From Bacteroidota bacterium (GTDB taxonomy: Bacteria; Bacteroidota; Bacteroidia; Bacteroidales; JAAUTT01), in contig JAUZOO010000001.1 of the NCBI GenBank assembly GCA_030706405.1, positions 79,762 through 143,761 on the forward strand: DNA of 64,000 nt, read 5' to 3'. Each line of letters begins with the position of its first letter. Position 1 is the first letter of the stretch. Shown one piece after another: positions 28,977 to 40,583 of the stretch. The notes beneath the pieces are model-generated. The model saw nothing but the letters and a program-made list of their open reading frames with translations, did not search any database and had not been told where the DNA came from. Position numbers and translations under genes: made by a program.

Positions 28977-29744
28977 ATGACATACGTAAAAGCCAAAAAA
29001 AATCTGGGTCAGCATTTCCTGAAGGATCAAAACATTGCCCGTAAAATTGTGTCGAGCCTCAGGGCCGAAGGTATTGACCATGTTTTGGAAATTGGCCCCG
29101 GTATGGGCGTTTTGACCCGTTACCTGCTCGAAAATGAGACTTTTACCACACATGTTGTTGAAATTGACACGGAGTCGGTCGATTACCTCGAAATAAATTT
29201 CCCGGATTTAAAAGGCCGTATCATTAGTGGTGATTTTCTGCAGCTTAACCTCTCGGAACTTTTTGAAGGATCGTTTGCCGTTATTGGCAACTTTCCATAC
29301 AATATCTCGTCTCAGATTTTTTTCAAGATACTCGAAAACCGCAACCGTATTCCCGAAAGTGTGGGGATGATACAAAAAGAGGTGGCAGAACGGATTGCGG
29401 CCCCTCCCGGAAGCAAAACATACGGAATTCTTAGCGTGTTGCTTCAGGCTTTTTATAAGATTGAGTATTTGTTTACCGTTTCCGAGCATGTTTTTGCTCC
29501 GCCTCCTAAGGTAAAGTCGGCCGTTATACGGCTTACCCGTAATCAAACCGCAACGCTCGATTGCGACGAAAAATTGTTTTTTAACGTCGTGAAAACGGCT
29601 TTTAACCAACGTCGTAAAACACTTAATAATTCGTTAAAAGGGTTGATGAAAGCGCACGAACCCAACGAAATGCTCCAAAAACGTCCGGAACAGCTTAGTG
29701 TTAAAGAGTTTGTAGAACTTACCAAATGGATTTCGGGGTTGTAA
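28977..29744 (+). CDS. rsmA: 16S rRNA (adenine1518/1519-N6)-dimethyltransferase
   Basis: LGQHFL start motif, SAM-binding [10 protein letters not shown] and NFPYNISS. Confidence 0.9.
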   Translation: MTYVKAKKNLGQHFLKDQNIARKIVSSLRAEGIDHVLEIGPGMGVLTRYLLENETFTTHVVEIDTESVDYLEINFPDLKGRIISGDFLQLNLSELFEGSFAVIGNFPYNISSQIFFKILENRNRIPESVGMIQKEVAERIAAPPGSKTYGILSVLLQAFYKIEYLFTVSEHVFAPPPKVKSAVIRLTRNQTATLDCDEKLFFNVVKTAFNQRRKTLNNSLKGLMKAHEPNEMLQKRPEQLSVKEFVELTKWISGL

Positions 29745-29780
29745 TTGCTGAATTTTATTTGATGACGGGGACAGCAGCCA

Positions 29781-30848
29781 TCAGAATCGAAACATATTCC
29801 TGAAAATATCCAGTTTATACTCCGTCCAGGATTCGGACGCTACCGGGGCCTTTTCCATTACCGGGGCAGCTACGCCTGAGCCAAAATATTGATTCCCGGT
29901 AAAAACACGGGCCTCATCCCATAAGTTGGCAGCAATGAAACTCGACAACAGTTTGGCTCCACCTTCGATAATAACCGATTGTACCTGATGACGAAATAAT
30001 TCACCCATGATGTGTTCGGGAAGGTATTCGTCAAACGGAATGGTGACAAACTCGGTATTAGGAGCCTCTTCTTCCTCGGTATCTTTGTGAGTAAATACAA
30101 GGGTGGGAGTACTCCCGTCAAAAATGTTCAGGTTACGGGGCAGACGTAAGTGGCGGTCAATGATTACGCGCAGGGGACTGTTGCCCGGCCAATTGCGTAC
30201 GTTAAGCTGGGGATTGTCCAGAAAAGCAGTATTTGTTCCTACCATGATGGCTTGTTCCTCTGTACGCCATTTATGAACGAGTATTCGAGCTTCCTCGTTG
30301 GTAATCCAGGTTGGAGCTTGCGGGCTGAGCGGCTGTCTTTCAATGTCGATGAACCTATCGTCGGTCTGTGCCCATTTTAGGATGATGTACGGACGACTTT
30401 TGCGATGATAGGTAAAGAAACGTTTGTTAAGTTCTTCACCTTCGGATTTAAGAACATCGGTAATCACCTCTACACCTGCGTTTTTAAGTTTCTCCACACC
30501 TTTCCCTTTTACCAGACGATGAGGATCAACATTAGCGATAACAACCCGCGGAATACGATTTTCAATAATTAAGTCGGCACAAGGCGGAGTTTTTCCGAAA
30601 TGTGAACAAGGCTCAAGATTGACATATAATGTCGATTCGGCCAATAGCGATTTGTCTGTTACCGAGTTGATGGCATTTACTTCGGCATGAGGCTCTCCAC
30701 AACGATGATGATATCCTTCGCCGATGATACGGTTGTTGTGCACGATTACCGATCCCACCATCGGGTTCGGGGCAGTTTCGCCCAACCCAAGTTTTGCCAG
30801 CTCCAGACAGCGGCGTATATATTGTTCGTGATTATTGGCTGTATTCAT
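29781..30848 (-). CDS. ribD: Bifunctional riboflavin biosynthesis deaminase/reductase
   Basis: CDA zinc motifs HAEVNAI and PCSHFGKTPPC, followed by a RibD C-terminal reductase domain. Confidence 0.9.
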   Translation of the reverse strand: MNTANNHEQYIRRCLELAKLGLGETAPNPMVGSVIVHNNRIIGEGYHHRCGEPHAEVNAINSVTDKSLLAESTLYVNLEPCSHFGKTPPCADLIIENRIPRVVIANVDPHRLVKGKGVEKLKNAGVEVITDVLKSEGEELNKRFFTYHRKSRPYIILKWAQTDDRFIDIERQPLSPQAPTWITNEEARILVHKWRTEEQAIMVGTNTAFLDNPQLNVRNWPGNSPLRVIIDRHLRLPRNLNIFDGSTPTLVFTHKDTEEEEAPNTEFVTIPFDEYLPEHIMGELFRHQVQSVIIEGGAKLLSSFIAANLWDEARVFTGNQYFGSGVAAPVMEKAPVASESWTEYKLDIFRNMFRF

Positions 30849-30884
30849 TCTATTTTTTACTTTTGAACATTCATAACCATTTCG

Positions 30885-31739
30885 ATGACCGTAAAAGAAA
30901 CTTCCGACTTCATTTCTAAAGAGTTACAATCAATTTATCCGGATTCGGAAATCAGCACTATAACCCATTTAATATTCAGCGAATTATTGAATTTTAAGCG
31001 GTTCGATGCTGTGTTAAGGGCCGGAAGTCTTTTGCCCGAACATGCCGAATTGCAAATTTACAACATAATTGAGCAACTTAAACGTCATCGACCTATTCAA
31101 TATGTGTTGGGATGTACGGAATTTTACGGACTGCCGTTTTCGGTCAGTGAATCGGTACTCATTCCACGACCCGAAACTGAAGAATTAGTGCATTGTATCG
31201 TTGGTGATTACAAAAATAGAAAGCCTCGAATTGTAGACTTTGGAACCGGAAGTGGTTGTATTGCCATTACATTGGCAAAAGAATTGCCCGGAGCCGAAGT
31301 TTTAGCCGTGGATGTTTCGCCCGAAGCCCTTTCTATGGCCCGCAAAAATGCTGAAAGAAATCAAGTGAATGTCGAATTCCTTCAGCTCGACATTCTTTCT
31401 TCAACGTTTCCGGACTTAGGAGGATTTGACGTAATTGTGAGCAACCCGCCTTATGTTACCCAAGCGCAAAAATCGGACATGGACGCCAATGTACTCGATT
31501 ATGAACCTCATCTGGCTTTGTTTGTGCCCGAAAACGATCCTTTATTGTTTTATAAGGCCATTGGCCGGTTTGCCCAAAAATCGTTGAACCCGGGCGGCGG
31601 CCTGTATTTTGAAATTAACGAAGATTTGCCTTACGAAACCGCTTCGGCTATCGAAAAACTGGGTTTTTCGGCTGAATTAAAAAAAGACCTCAACGATAAG
31701 TTCCGCATGTTAAAAGCCGTTCGCAATGACAAAGGATGA
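30885..31739 (+). CDS. prmC: Release factor glutamine-N5 methyltransferase
   Basis: SAM motif DFGTGSGCI and catalytic NPPY (VSNPPYV), with HemK-like layout. Confidence 0.85.
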   Translation: MTVKETSDFISKELQSIYPDSEISTITHLIFSELLNFKRFDAVLRAGSLLPEHAELQIYNIIEQLKRHRPIQYVLGCTEFYGLPFSVSESVLIPRPETEELVHCIVGDYKNRKPRIVDFGTGSGCIAITLAKELPGAEVLAVDVSPEALSMARKNAERNQVNVEFLQLDILSSTFPDLGGFDVIVSNPPYVTQAQKSDMDANVLDYEPHLALFVPENDPLLFYKAIGRFAQKSLNPGGGLYFEINEDLPYETASAIEKLGFSAELKKDLNDKFRMLKAVRNDKG

Positions 31740-32178
31740 AGCACTCGGCAAAGCCATGAAACTTTGCAGCGTGAAGGAATATGCTACTTCCGATATCGTG
31801 CAAAAAATCACCGATTGGGGGCTCGACGAGGAATCTGTCAACCAGCTGATAAATATTCTTCATGAAGATAAATTTCTGGATGATTTTCGTTTTGCCCGCT
31901 TCTTTGCCAACGATAAGCTCCGATTTAATAAATGGGGAAAACTGAAAATCAAATACATGCTTCAGCAGAAAAACGTTTCGCGCGAGGCTCTTTCGGAAGC
32001 CTTAGAGCAAATCAACGAAAGGGAGTATGCCGAAATTATCACGAACGAACTTGTTAAAAAACGAAAATCAATAAAAGACGCAGATTCTTATAAAGTTAAG
32101 GCTAAACTATTCCAATTTGCCGCCGGACGAGGTTTCGAAGCCGACCTGATTTACAAACTTATCGATAAGGTGATGTAA
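31726..32178 (+). CDS. recX: RecX family regulatory protein
   Basis: 150-aa helical-repeat ORF (YATSDIVQKI..., FLDDFRFARFF, KWGKLKIKYMLQQK) typical of RecX. It overlaps prmC by 14 nt. Confidence 0.7.
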   Translation: MTKDEALGKAMKLCSVKEYATSDIVQKITDWGLDEESVNQLINILHEDKFLDDFRFARFFANDKLRFNKWGKLKIKYMLQQKNVSREALSEALEQINEREYAEIITNELVKKRKSIKDADSYKVKAKLFQFAAGRGFEADLIYKLIDKVM

Positions 32179-32224
32179 TTTTAATTGTTTCATGTTATTG
32201 ATAATGAGACATATTTTGTTCAAA

Positions 32225-34441
32225 ATGAAACGTCCGCATAGAATTTATTTTCTGAAACTCATTTTTATAATGACTTTTCCCTGCCGTTTTTTTGTGCCGC
32301 TGCCAGCTCAGGAAAAGTCTCATACATTACAAAAAATAATCATCGATACTACCAAAAATAGCCCCATCTCTCAAACGCTTAATGAGGTTACTGTAAGCAG
32401 CCGTACGATCGATAAAAATGTCCGTTCTTCTTCAACCGGAACTATCGAACTGTCGAAAAATGAGGTGTCGGGTTTGCCATCGTTACTTGGGGAAACAGAT
32501 TTTTATAAGACTATGCAGCTGATGCCGGGTTTCCAGAAAAGCGGCGAGGGGAATGCTGCCATTTACGTGCGTGGCGGCGGGTACGACCAAAACCTCATCA
32601 TGCTCGACGAAGCCACGGTTTATAATCCAACGCATCTACTTGGCTTTTATTCGGTTTTTAATACCGATATTATCGGCGATGCCACCCTGATTAAGTCAGG
32701 CATGCCCGCCGAATATGGCAACCGCATTTCGTCGGTGCTTAAATTTAATACCAAGCGCTCAATTCCCGAAAGGACAATGAATTCAGGAAGCCTCGGCCTT
32801 ATCTCATCAAAGTGGTATTCCGAAATTCCCGTTTTAGGACAGAAAGGCGGTTTGTTTTTAGCCGGGCGCAAGACTTATTTGAACGAGGTTCTGCAAGGAC
32901 TCCGGCATGTTGGCATAATGAAAGTACAACGTAGTGCATTACTGAATTCTATAGGATATGATTTTTACGATTTAAATGTTTCGCTGGTATTAGCCTTATC
33001 TTCCAAAAATCGTCTTACAGCCAGCATCTATAGGGGAAACGATGCATTCTCGATGAGTAATGACGATATTGGAATGACAACCGATATGAGTTGGGGAAAC
33101 CTTGTTTCGTCGCTTACATGGAGTCATCTGTTTAACAACAAAACATATATCGACAATAGTTTTATTTATAGCGGATACAACTTCAACATGCATCTTAACC
33201 AGGACCAGTCGCGGTTTACGCTTAATTCGCAGATAAAGGACATTGGCTTTAAAAGTAAAATCACCCGCATTTTTGACAAGCATAACCTACGCGGAGGAAC
33301 GGAGCTGATCAGGCATAACGTTCAGCCCAATTCGGGCGAGGCAGCTTCCGATACCACGCCGCTCTATCTCGGTTCAACGAGCCGTTACTATTCGTATGAA
33401 TTAAGTTTTTATTTGTCAGATGAATATGAAATTACACCCAAATTGAGCCTGACTGCCGGGACCCGTTATAACCTGTATTATCAAGTTGGGCCTTTTACAG
33501 AATATGTTCGCAGCTCGGAAAGCATTATTACCGACACCCTGCACTATAAAAACGGAGCTTTGGTAAAGAACTATAGTGGTTTGGATGTCAGGCTTTCTAT
33601 GCGCTATCTTATTTCAGAAAAAAGTTCGGTAAAAGCTTCTTTTAATACCAATAACCAGTACATGAATCTGGTAAATATATCATCGGTGGCCTTTCCTTCC
33701 GATTTTTGGGTTCCGTCGTCGAAGTACGTAAAACCCCAGTTTGGAGAGCAATACACCTTGGGTTTTTACCGGAGTTTTCCGAAATTGAAGCTCGAAGGCT
33801 CTGTTGAGATGTATTATAAATCGTTCCGAAATCAGATGGAGTTTACCAAAGGTATCTTTTCGTCGGTGACCAACAGTCCGCTGGATGAAAACCTGATATT
33901 TGGCAAGGGGCGCGCGTACGGGCTGGAAGTGCTAATACGTAAAAGTGTCGGGCATTTCACCGGATGGGTTGGATACACTTTTTCGAGAACCGAGAAAAGT
34001 TTTAACGACATTGAGAACGGACACTGGTATCCGGCAAAGTACGACCGTCCGCACGATATTTCGCTGGTAGGCAACTATACGTTAAATAGTCGTTGGAGCT
34101 TTTCAGGAGTTTTCGTTTATACCAGTGGAAGCACTTATACTCCTGTTGTTGGCCGATACCTTGTTGCCAATAACGTAGTTAGCCAATATGGCGCTTTTAA
34201 CTCGGCACGAATGCCCGATTATCACCGTCTCGATATCTCAACAAGCTATACTTTTAAACCTAAACGCTTTTATAGTTCCAAGCTTAACCTGTCGGTTTAC
34301 AATGTTTATAACCGCAAAAATCCATTTTTCATATACCCTGCAACAACTGGAAGCCTCAAAAAATATTCAATAACCGTTTCTCGTCATGAAGTATCTATCT
34401 TTTCGATTATACCTTCGCTTAGCTGGCAGTTTTCTTTTTAA
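32225..34441 (+). CDS. TonB-dependent receptor
   Basis: Plug motifs (LPSLLGETDFYKTMQLMPG, IYVRGGGYDQNLIMLDEA), a long beta-barrel and a terminal aromatic (SWQFSF). The likely start is MKRPHRIYF at 32225. Confidence 0.85.
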   Translation: MKRPHRIYFLKLIFIMTFPCRFFVPLPAQEKSHTLQKIIIDTTKNSPISQTLNEVTVSSRTIDKNVRSSSTGTIELSKNEVSGLPSLLGETDFYKTMQLMPGFQKSGEGNAAIYVRGGGYDQNLIMLDEATVYNPTHLLGFYSVFNTDIIGDATLIKSGMPAEYGNRISSVLKFNTKRSIPERTMNSGSLGLISSKWYSEIPVLGQKGGLFLAGRKTYLNEVLQGLRHVGIMKVQRSALLNSIGYDFYDLNVSLVLALSSKNRLTASIYRGNDAFSMSNDDIGMTTDMSWGNLVSSLTWSHLFNNKTYIDNSFIYSGYNFNMHLNQDQSRFTLNSQIKDIGFKSKITRIFDKHNLRGGTELIRHNVQPNSGEAASDTTPLYLGSTSRYYSYELSFYLSDEYEITPKLSLTAGTRYNLYYQVGPFTEYVRSSESIITDTLHYKNGALVKNYSGLDVRLSMRYLISEKSSVKASFNTNNQYMNLVNISSVAFPSDFWVPSSKYVKPQFGEQYTLGFYRSFPKLKLEGSVEMYYKSFRNQMEFTKGIFSSVTNSPLDENLIFGKGRAYGLEVLIRKSVGHFTGWVGYTFSRTEKSFNDIENGHWYPAKYDRPHDISLVGNYTLNSRWSFSGVFVYTSGSTYTPVVGRYLVANNVVSQYGAFNSARMPDYHRLDISTSYTFKPKRFYSSKLNLSVYNVYNRKNPFFIYPATTGSLKKYSITVSRHEVSIFSIIPSLSWQFSF

Positions 34442-35288
34442 TGGAAGCGTATTTCTCCTGATGAGTATTTTGTTTTTTTCTTGTCAAAAGGAGGAAAACC
34501 TTACGGGGTATACCCCTTCACTGGTAATCGATGGAAGAATTGAAAGCGGCGGTTATCCAAGGGTTGCAATAACCCGTAATATCCCATATTACGTCAATAT
34601 CGACTCGGCAGATATGTTAAAATTGGTTATCCGTCAGGCTAAAGTAACCGTGTCGGATGGTGTTTCGTCTGAAATCCTAACCCTTAAATATGATAAGAAC
34701 GTATTTCCTCCATTTTATTACGAAGGAAATGAGCTGTCCGGAGAACCCGGAAAAACCTATGCGCTCACCGTAGAATGGGGAACAACGGTACTTACAGCCA
34801 CAACCACGATTCCTGCCCCGGTAAAGCCCGATAGTGTATGGTTTGAACCGCTGGCTGATAATCCTGAAAAAGGAAAGGTTTGCGTTAAACTCAGGGACAA
34901 CGCTGCGGAAAATAATTATTATAAAATGTTTACCCGGATTGTCGGTCAGCAATATGAATTTGTACCGACGCTTATCTCTAATTTCGACGACAAAGCATTT
35001 AACGGAAAGACGTTCGTATTTTCCCTTAATAAAGGGCCGGAATCTTACATTAATATGACGGGAAATGATTTTTATTTTGATAGAGAGGATAGTATATTGG
35101 TTAAAGTATGCACTCTTGATAAGAACCATTTTGCCTTTTGGCGAAGTTATCAGCAGGAAATAGCAAACAGCGGGAACCCGTTTGCCTCATCGTTTCATTC
35201 TGTTGAATCGAATATTAAAGGCGATGGATTTGGAGTCTGGGGAGGTTTTGGAACTTATTGGACGAAAATAGGAAAAAGACAAAAATAA
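34386..35288 (+). CDS. DUF4249-like lipoprotein (usual partner of this TonB-receptor class)
   Basis: Signal peptide with lipobox (ILFFSC followed by QKEE). Its position directly after the TonB-dependent receptor matches the common receptor/DUF4249 pairing. The start is uncertain: 34386 overlaps the receptor, and 34461 is the alternative. Confidence 0.6.
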   Translation: MKYLSFRLYLRLAGSFLFNGSVFLLMSILFFSCQKEENLTGYTPSLVIDGRIESGGYPRVAITRNIPYYVNIDSADMLKLVIRQAKVTVSDGVSSEILTLKYDKNVFPPFYYEGNELSGEPGKTYALTVEWGTTVLTATTTIPAPVKPDSVWFEPLADNPEKGKVCVKLRDNAAENNYYKMFTRIVGQQYEFVPTLISNFDDKAFNGKTFVFSLNKGPESYINMTGNDFYFDREDSILVKVCTLDKNHFAFWRSYQQEIANSGNPFASSFHSVESNIKGDGFGVWGGFGTYWTKIGKRQK

Positions 35289-35405
35289 AAGAGCTTAAAT
35301 GTTATATTTACGTTAACAAGATATTCCCAATGTTCTTATCTCAGTATTCAGTACTTATAACTTATTCTTATCTTTGGGGGAATTTTTTGAAACCATATTA
35401 TCCGA

Positions 35406-36692
35406 ATGAACTTTTTTGAAGAATTGAAATGGCGCGGCATGATTCACGATGCTATGCCGGGCGTAGAAGAGCAGCTAAACAAAGAAATGACCTCCGCATA
35501 CGTAGGAATTGACCCTACAGCCGATTCCCTGCATATTGGCCACCTGGTAGGCGTAATGATGTTAAAACATCTGCAACTGGCAGGGCATAAACCTATTGCC
35601 CTGGTTGGTGGTGCTACCGGTATGATTGGCGACCCCTCAGGAAAATCGCAAGAACGTAACCTGCTCGACGAAACATCGCTTCGTCATAACCAGGAGTGCC
35701 TTAAAAGCCAGTTGAAACGCTTCCTCGATTTCGATTCGGGTGCGGCCAATGCCGCTGAACTGGTAAACAACTACGACTGGATGAAGGAATTTTCGTTCCT
35801 TGCATTCATCCGCGACGTTGGAAAGCACATCACCGTAAATTATATGGTGGCCAAGGATTCGGTAAAAAAACGCCTCAGCGCCGATTCTCGCGAAGGGATG
35901 TCGTTCACCGAATTTACTTATCAGCTGGTTCAGGGTTACGATTTTCTTCACCTCTACCGCACCCATAACTGCAAACTCCAGATGGGAGGCAGCGACCAGT
36001 GGGGAAACATCACCACCGGCACCGAGCTCATCCGCCGTATTGAAGGGGGCGAAGCCTATGCCATGACTTGTCCGCTCATTAAAAAAGCCGATGGCACCAA
36101 GTTCGGAAAAACCGAATCGGGCAACGTGTGGCTCGATGCTACCAAGACTTCACCGTACCATTTCTACCAGTTCTGGCTCAATGCTTCCGACGACGACGCC
36201 AAAATATGGATTAAGATATTTACGCTTCTCACCAAAGAAGAAGTGGAAAGCCTCATTGCCGAACACGAAACAGCACCTCACCTGCGCGTGCTTCAGAAAC
36301 GACTGGCCGAGGAATTGACCTGCTTTGTTCATAGCCGGCACGATTACGAATTTGCCATTAAAGCCTCCGAAATCCTCTTTGGAAATGCAGTTACCGAAAC
36401 CCTGCAAAGCCTTTCGGAAGAACAACTGCTCCAGGTGATGGAAGGCGTTCCAATGCATGAGTTTCCTGCTTCGGAGCTCAATAACGGAATTGACATGACA
36501 TCATTTCTTGCCGAAAGCAAGATTTTCCCCTCCAAGGGAGAAGCACGTAAAACTCTTCAGGGCGGCGGCGTCAGCATAAACAAAGCCAAAGTAACTGTCG
36601 ATGCTAAAATCGATAGCAGCTCGTTACTGAACGGGAAATACATCCTCGTACAAAAAGGGAAAAAGAACTATTTTCTGGTGAAAGCCATTTAA
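35406..36692 (+). CDS. tyrS: Tyrosine--tRNA ligase
   Basis: HIGH motif (SLHIGHLV), KMSKS variant (KFGKTE) and a C-terminal S4-like domain. Confidence 0.92.
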   Translation: MNFFEELKWRGMIHDAMPGVEEQLNKEMTSAYVGIDPTADSLHIGHLVGVMMLKHLQLAGHKPIALVGGATGMIGDPSGKSQERNLLDETSLRHNQECLKSQLKRFLDFDSGAANAAELVNNYDWMKEFSFLAFIRDVGKHITVNYMVAKDSVKKRLSADSREGMSFTEFTYQLVQGYDFLHLYRTHNCKLQMGGSDQWGNITTGTELIRRIEGGEAYAMTCPLIKKADGTKFGKTESGNVWLDATKTSPYHFYQFWLNASDDDAKIWIKIFTLLTKEEVESLIAEHETAPHLRVLQKRLAEELTCFVHSRHDYEFAIKASEILFGNAVTETLQSLSEEQLLQVMEGVPMHEFPASELNNGIDMTSFLAESKIFPSKGEARKTLQGGGVSINKAKVTVDAKIDSSSLLNGKYILVQKGKKNYFLVKAI

Positions 36693-36784
36693 TGATATTA
36701 GGATTTGGGCATTAGGCTTTTGAAGGCCTAAGCCTTAAATCCTAAGCTCCATCCTTCTCTCAAACAAATACTTACTAACGAATT

Positions 36785-37783
36785 ATGGCAAAAGGCAAAA
36801 AACGGTACCGGTTCAATTCGGTCGATTTTATCACATACGTATGGGAAAAACGCAGGTATCTGCTACTCATAGTTCTTTTGGCTGCAATTTTATCGGCCAT
36901 TGCCTCGTTCCTGATTACACCAAAGTTCGAATCGCAGGTTGTTTTATACCCTGCCACTTCGGCATCTATCTCAAAAACAGCTTTTGCCCAGGAAGATAAC
37001 CTCAAATTCGGTAACGAGCAGGAAACCGAGCAACTGATACAGGTGTTAAATTCCGAAGAAATAAAAGGACGGATTATCCACAAATTCGACCTTGCCAAAC
37101 ACTACAAGATAAAAACCTCCTCAGATTTCTGGAAAACCCAGCTTACCAATATTTATAGAGGAAATATCTCCATTAAACAAACCGAGTATTCCTCAATTAT
37201 CATCGACGCTATAGATGTCGACCCGGATACCTCAGCTTTAATTGCAAACGAAATTTCAAACCAGGTAGATTCGGTATTTACGCATGTGCAGCGTGAGCGC
37301 GCCCAAAAAACACTGGCCATTGTTGAAAAAGAATATGTTAGACTACAACAGGAAATAAACAAAATAGAAGATTCCCTTAAATTTATTCAGGAACACGGGG
37401 TAACGGACTATGAATCGCAATCGCGCGCTTACAGCAAAGCTTACGCTGAAGCCTTGGCAAACGGCAAATTTGAAGGAGCCAAACGAGTCGAATTAAAGTT
37501 GAAAACAATGGCCCAATACTCGGCCACCAACGCCATGTTAACCGAACTGCTCAAAGCGGAAACCCTACGCCTCAGTAACCTCAAAGCCCGATACTTGGAG
37601 GCTAAAGTAGATGCCGAACAAACTATCCCTCATAAATTCGTAATCGACAAAGCGTATCCCTCGGACAAAAAAGCCTACCCCAAACGTCTGCTGATTGTAC
37701 TGGTGTCAACCATTTCGGCATTCTTTATGGCATTACTGCTTCTGATTATCCGCGACAGCATCACTTATAAAAACCACGATTGA
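36785..37783 (+). CDS. Wzz-like polysaccharide chain-length determinant family protein
   Basis: N- and C-terminal TM helices flank a long coiled-coil periplasmic region. It lies next to an O-antigen ligase-like gene. Confidence 0.55.
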   Translation: MAKGKKRYRFNSVDFITYVWEKRRYLLLIVLLAAILSAIASFLITPKFESQVVLYPATSASISKTAFAQEDNLKFGNEQETEQLIQVLNSEEIKGRIIHKFDLAKHYKIKTSSDFWKTQLTNIYRGNISIKQTEYSSIIIDAIDVDPDTSALIANEISNQVDSVFTHVQRERAQKTLAIVEKEYVRLQQEINKIEDSLKFIQEHGVTDYESQSRAYSKAYAEALANGKFEGAKRVELKLKTMAQYSATNAMLTELLKAETLRLSNLKARYLEAKVDAEQTIPHKFVIDKAYPSDKKAYPKRLLIVLVSTISAFFMALLLLIIRDSITYKNHD

Positions 37784-39246
37784 ACAGGTTTCTATCCATC
37801 TTAACCCGGGAGCGCCAGGTTTTCATAGCAACCATTCTTTTCATGCTCGTCAATGCGATATTGGTGGCAAATGAATGGTATTACCTGTCGTTACTACCCG
37901 CCGCGTTGTTTGTAGTTTACCTTGCCTTTGTTTCACTGGACAGGCTGGTTTATGTGGTGGTATTTCTGGTTCCGATTTCTGTTCCGCTCGAAGAGTATGT
38001 GTCCTCACTGGGCTTTAACGTCCAATTGCCTACAGAACCCATTCTGGTAGCCATCCTTTTTCTATTCTTTTTTAAACTGATACGTGAACGAAGTTTTGAT
38101 GGTGAGGTATTACTTCATCCGGTAAGCCTTGCCATCTATTTTAACTTGTTTTGGATGTTCATAACAGCCATTACCAGCACCATGCCCATCGTTTCATTTA
38201 AATTCATCATTTCGCGGTTGTGGTTTCTGGCTACATTTTATTTTATTGCTACGCAATTATTTACCAACAAAACCAATATCCGCCGGTATGTATGGGTTTT
38301 TATGCCAATGTTGATGGTGGTTATCGGGTATGCATTTGTGCACATGGCGCAGGCAGGATTTCTGAATCAACAAAAAGCTCACCTTTCGGCACACCCGTTC
38401 TTTAACGACCATACATCGTATGGCTGTATCCTGGCTATGGTGTTACCATTTATGGTGGGGTTTGCTTTAAATCGAAAATTCTCCATTCCCTTACTGTTAC
38501 TAAGTCGAATTTTAGTAGTAATACTTTTAGCAGCCTTGCTCCTCTCCTACAGCCGCGCTGCATGGATAAGCATTTTCGTTGTCTCAGGTGTAGCTATTAT
38601 CATGCTGTTAAAAATAAAATTCCGGACGATATTACTCTTTAGCCTAGTGGCAGGTGCGCTGGTTTATAGTTTCCGTACCGAAATTTTTATGGATTTGGAA
38701 CACAACAAACAAAACTCGTCAAAAGATCTTGCCCAACACATTCAATCCATATCAAACATCCGTACTGACGACTCGAATGTGGAACGTCTCAACCGATGGA
38801 AAAGCGCCTTCCGGATGTTTAAAGAAAAACCCGTTTTAGGCTGGGGACCAGGAACCTATATGTTTAACTACGCCCCGTTTCAACTATACAAGGACAAGAC
38901 GTCGATAAGTACCAACCGCGGAGATCATGGGAATGCTCACAGCGAATATATTGGCCCGTTGGCAGAGTCGGGCATATTAGGCGCGTTAAGCTTTATTCTG
39001 ATTGGAATTATAACCCTCACAACCGGCATCCGTTTATATTCAAGGGCAGAGGGGCATTGGCAAACAAAGATGCTGATATTTGCGGCAGTGCTGGGATTAA
39101 TCACATACTACACACATGGTGCATTAAATGACTTTCTGGATACCGACAAAGCTTCCTGTTTGTTTTGGGGATACACGGCCATGATTGTATCCCTCGATGT
39201 GTATCACGTAAAAAAAGCTAAAACAGCTGAACTCCCAACATTGTAA
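37780..39246 (+). CDS. O-antigen ligase (Wzy_C) family membrane protein
   Basis: At least 10 predicted TM segments and a large loop with SYSRAAW..., typical of WaaL/O-antigen polymerase-like proteins. The start codon is uncertain (TTG at 37780). Confidence 0.7.
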   Translation: MNRFLSILTRERQVFIATILFMLVNAILVANEWYYLSLLPAALFVVYLAFVSLDRLVYVVVFLVPISVPLEEYVSSLGFNVQLPTEPILVAILFLFFFKLIRERSFDGEVLLHPVSLAIYFNLFWMFITAITSTMPIVSFKFIISRLWFLATFYFIATQLFTNKTNIRRYVWVFMPMLMVVIGYAFVHMAQAGFLNQQKAHLSAHPFFNDHTSYGCILAMVLPFMVGFALNRKFSIPLLLLSRILVVILLAALLLSYSRAAWISIFVVSGVAIIMLLKIKFRTILLFSLVAGALVYSFRTEIFMDLEHNKQNSSKDLAQHIQSISNIRTDDSNVERLNRWKSAFRMFKEKPVLGWGPGTYMFNYAPFQLYKDKTSISTNRGDHGNAHSEYIGPLAESGILGALSFILIGIITLTTGIRLYSRAEGHWQTKMLIFAAVLGLITYYTHGALNDFLDTDKASCLFWGYTAMIVSLDVYHVKKAKTAELPTL

Positions 39247-40447
39247 TATCGTCCACTACGGCATCATTCCCTTCGACGATGGACAAGTCCGCAATTATAT
39301 GCTGAATATCTTCATCGATCGATTCACCATTACTTATATGTTTTTCGAGCAACTCTGTAGTGGCATTCATCTCTTCGCCATCAAAAATCTCAATAATACC
39401 ATCAGTAAAGCACAAGATTTTGGTGTTCCCGCTGATCTGGTAACTTCCAATTTTAATCGTTGGAATATCATCAAGCATTCCTAATCCTACACAACCGTTT
39501 TTAAGATAGGTTAAAGTCCCGGAAGTAATCTCGTATAACAACGGAGGATTATGTCCGGCATTTAAATATTCGAGTTCTCGAGTAACAATATTATACCGCC
39601 CAATAAAAAATGTGATAAACTTTTCGCCGTTAGTATTTGACAAAACACGTTCGTTCAGTTTATTAACCAGAATATCCAAAGGAATGTCGCTGGAAAAAAG
39701 AGCACGTAATGTAGCTTGAAAATTCGACATCAGCAGAGCAGCCGAAATCCCTTTACCAGAAACATCGGCAATACAAAAGCCCAGAACATCATTCTCCATC
39801 TCAAAAACATCGTAATAATCGCCGCCTACCTCAAAATGAGGTTGATAAAAAGCTGTAATCAGATACTTATCGTTACGGGGAAGATACGTGGCTGCCGGGA
39901 CCAACATAGCCTGCATCCGCGAGGCAAGCTCCATTTCCTTACGAAAAGCTTCCTGTTTCAGACTTTCCTTAAAGAGTCGTATATTCTCGATGGCAACTAT
40001 AATAATATTGGATAGGGTTTGAATAAAATTCAAGTGCTTGATAACGGGACTTACTCCACTGCTTTCCTCGTCAATATCGCCAATAAGCACATAAGCCAAA
40101 GGATTGTTGTTATTAAAAACCGGAATAACAAAATCGAAATCTTTAAGCTTAAAATCTTCAATATTAGTTACCAGCCGAATATCCTGTATTTCCTGAAGAT
40201 CGGGTAATACCTCCAAAACATTGACAACTTCTTCGCATGACATGGTATTGAGCAGGCATTCCCAACCATTCTGGTATTTAAAAATAAGGATGCGGCCAAT
40301 ATTGAGGTTTTCCTGTAAAATATTCCGATAACGGGCTAAAAGCTCTGAAACCGGGAGATTGGCGTTAATAGCCTGTGTAATCTCGAGCAGAGCATTCAAT
40401 TTAAAATTGTAAACCTGATACCGGTTTGAAACAGATTTTTCACTCAT
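39218..40447 (-). CDS. PP2C/SpoIIE family serine phosphatase with N-terminal GAF-like sensor
   Basis: PP2C metal-binding motifs (EVGGDYYD, ADVSGKG, FTDGIIE, DDITMLG) in the C-terminal half. Confidence 0.8.
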   Translation of the reverse strand: MSEKSVSNRYQVYNFKLNALLEITQAINANLPVSELLARYRNILQENLNIGRILIFKYQNGWECLLNTMSCEEVVNVLEVLPDLQEIQDIRLVTNIEDFKLKDFDFVIPVFNNNNPLAYVLIGDIDEESSGVSPVIKHLNFIQTLSNIIIVAIENIRLFKESLKQEAFRKEMELASRMQAMLVPAATYLPRNDKYLITAFYQPHFEVGGDYYDVFEMENDVLGFCIADVSGKGISAALLMSNFQATLRALFSSDIPLDILVNKLNERVLSNTNGEKFITFFIGRYNIVTRELEYLNAGHNPPLLYEITSGTLTYLKNGCVGLGMLDDIPTIKIGSYQISGNTKILCFTDGIIEIFDGEEMNATTELLEKHISNGESIDEDIQHIIADLSIVEGNDAVVDDITMLGVQLF

Positions 40448-40583
40448 TGGGCGAAGGATATAATGACAAAATAAAAGCAGCCTGAATTACAAGGTGAAGA
40501 ATTCTCGTCGTCCTAATAATAACAAGCTGCTTTTAATTATGTCAAAAAATTACCTCCAAAAATAGAAAAAATTTGGAAGAATT

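Noticed and set aside
40470-40540. AAAGCAGC...GCTGCTTT hairpin as the efp terminator
   Set aside because: The stem is only 8 bp and encloses a ~45-nt loop. It is plausible but not convincing without folding energy calculations.
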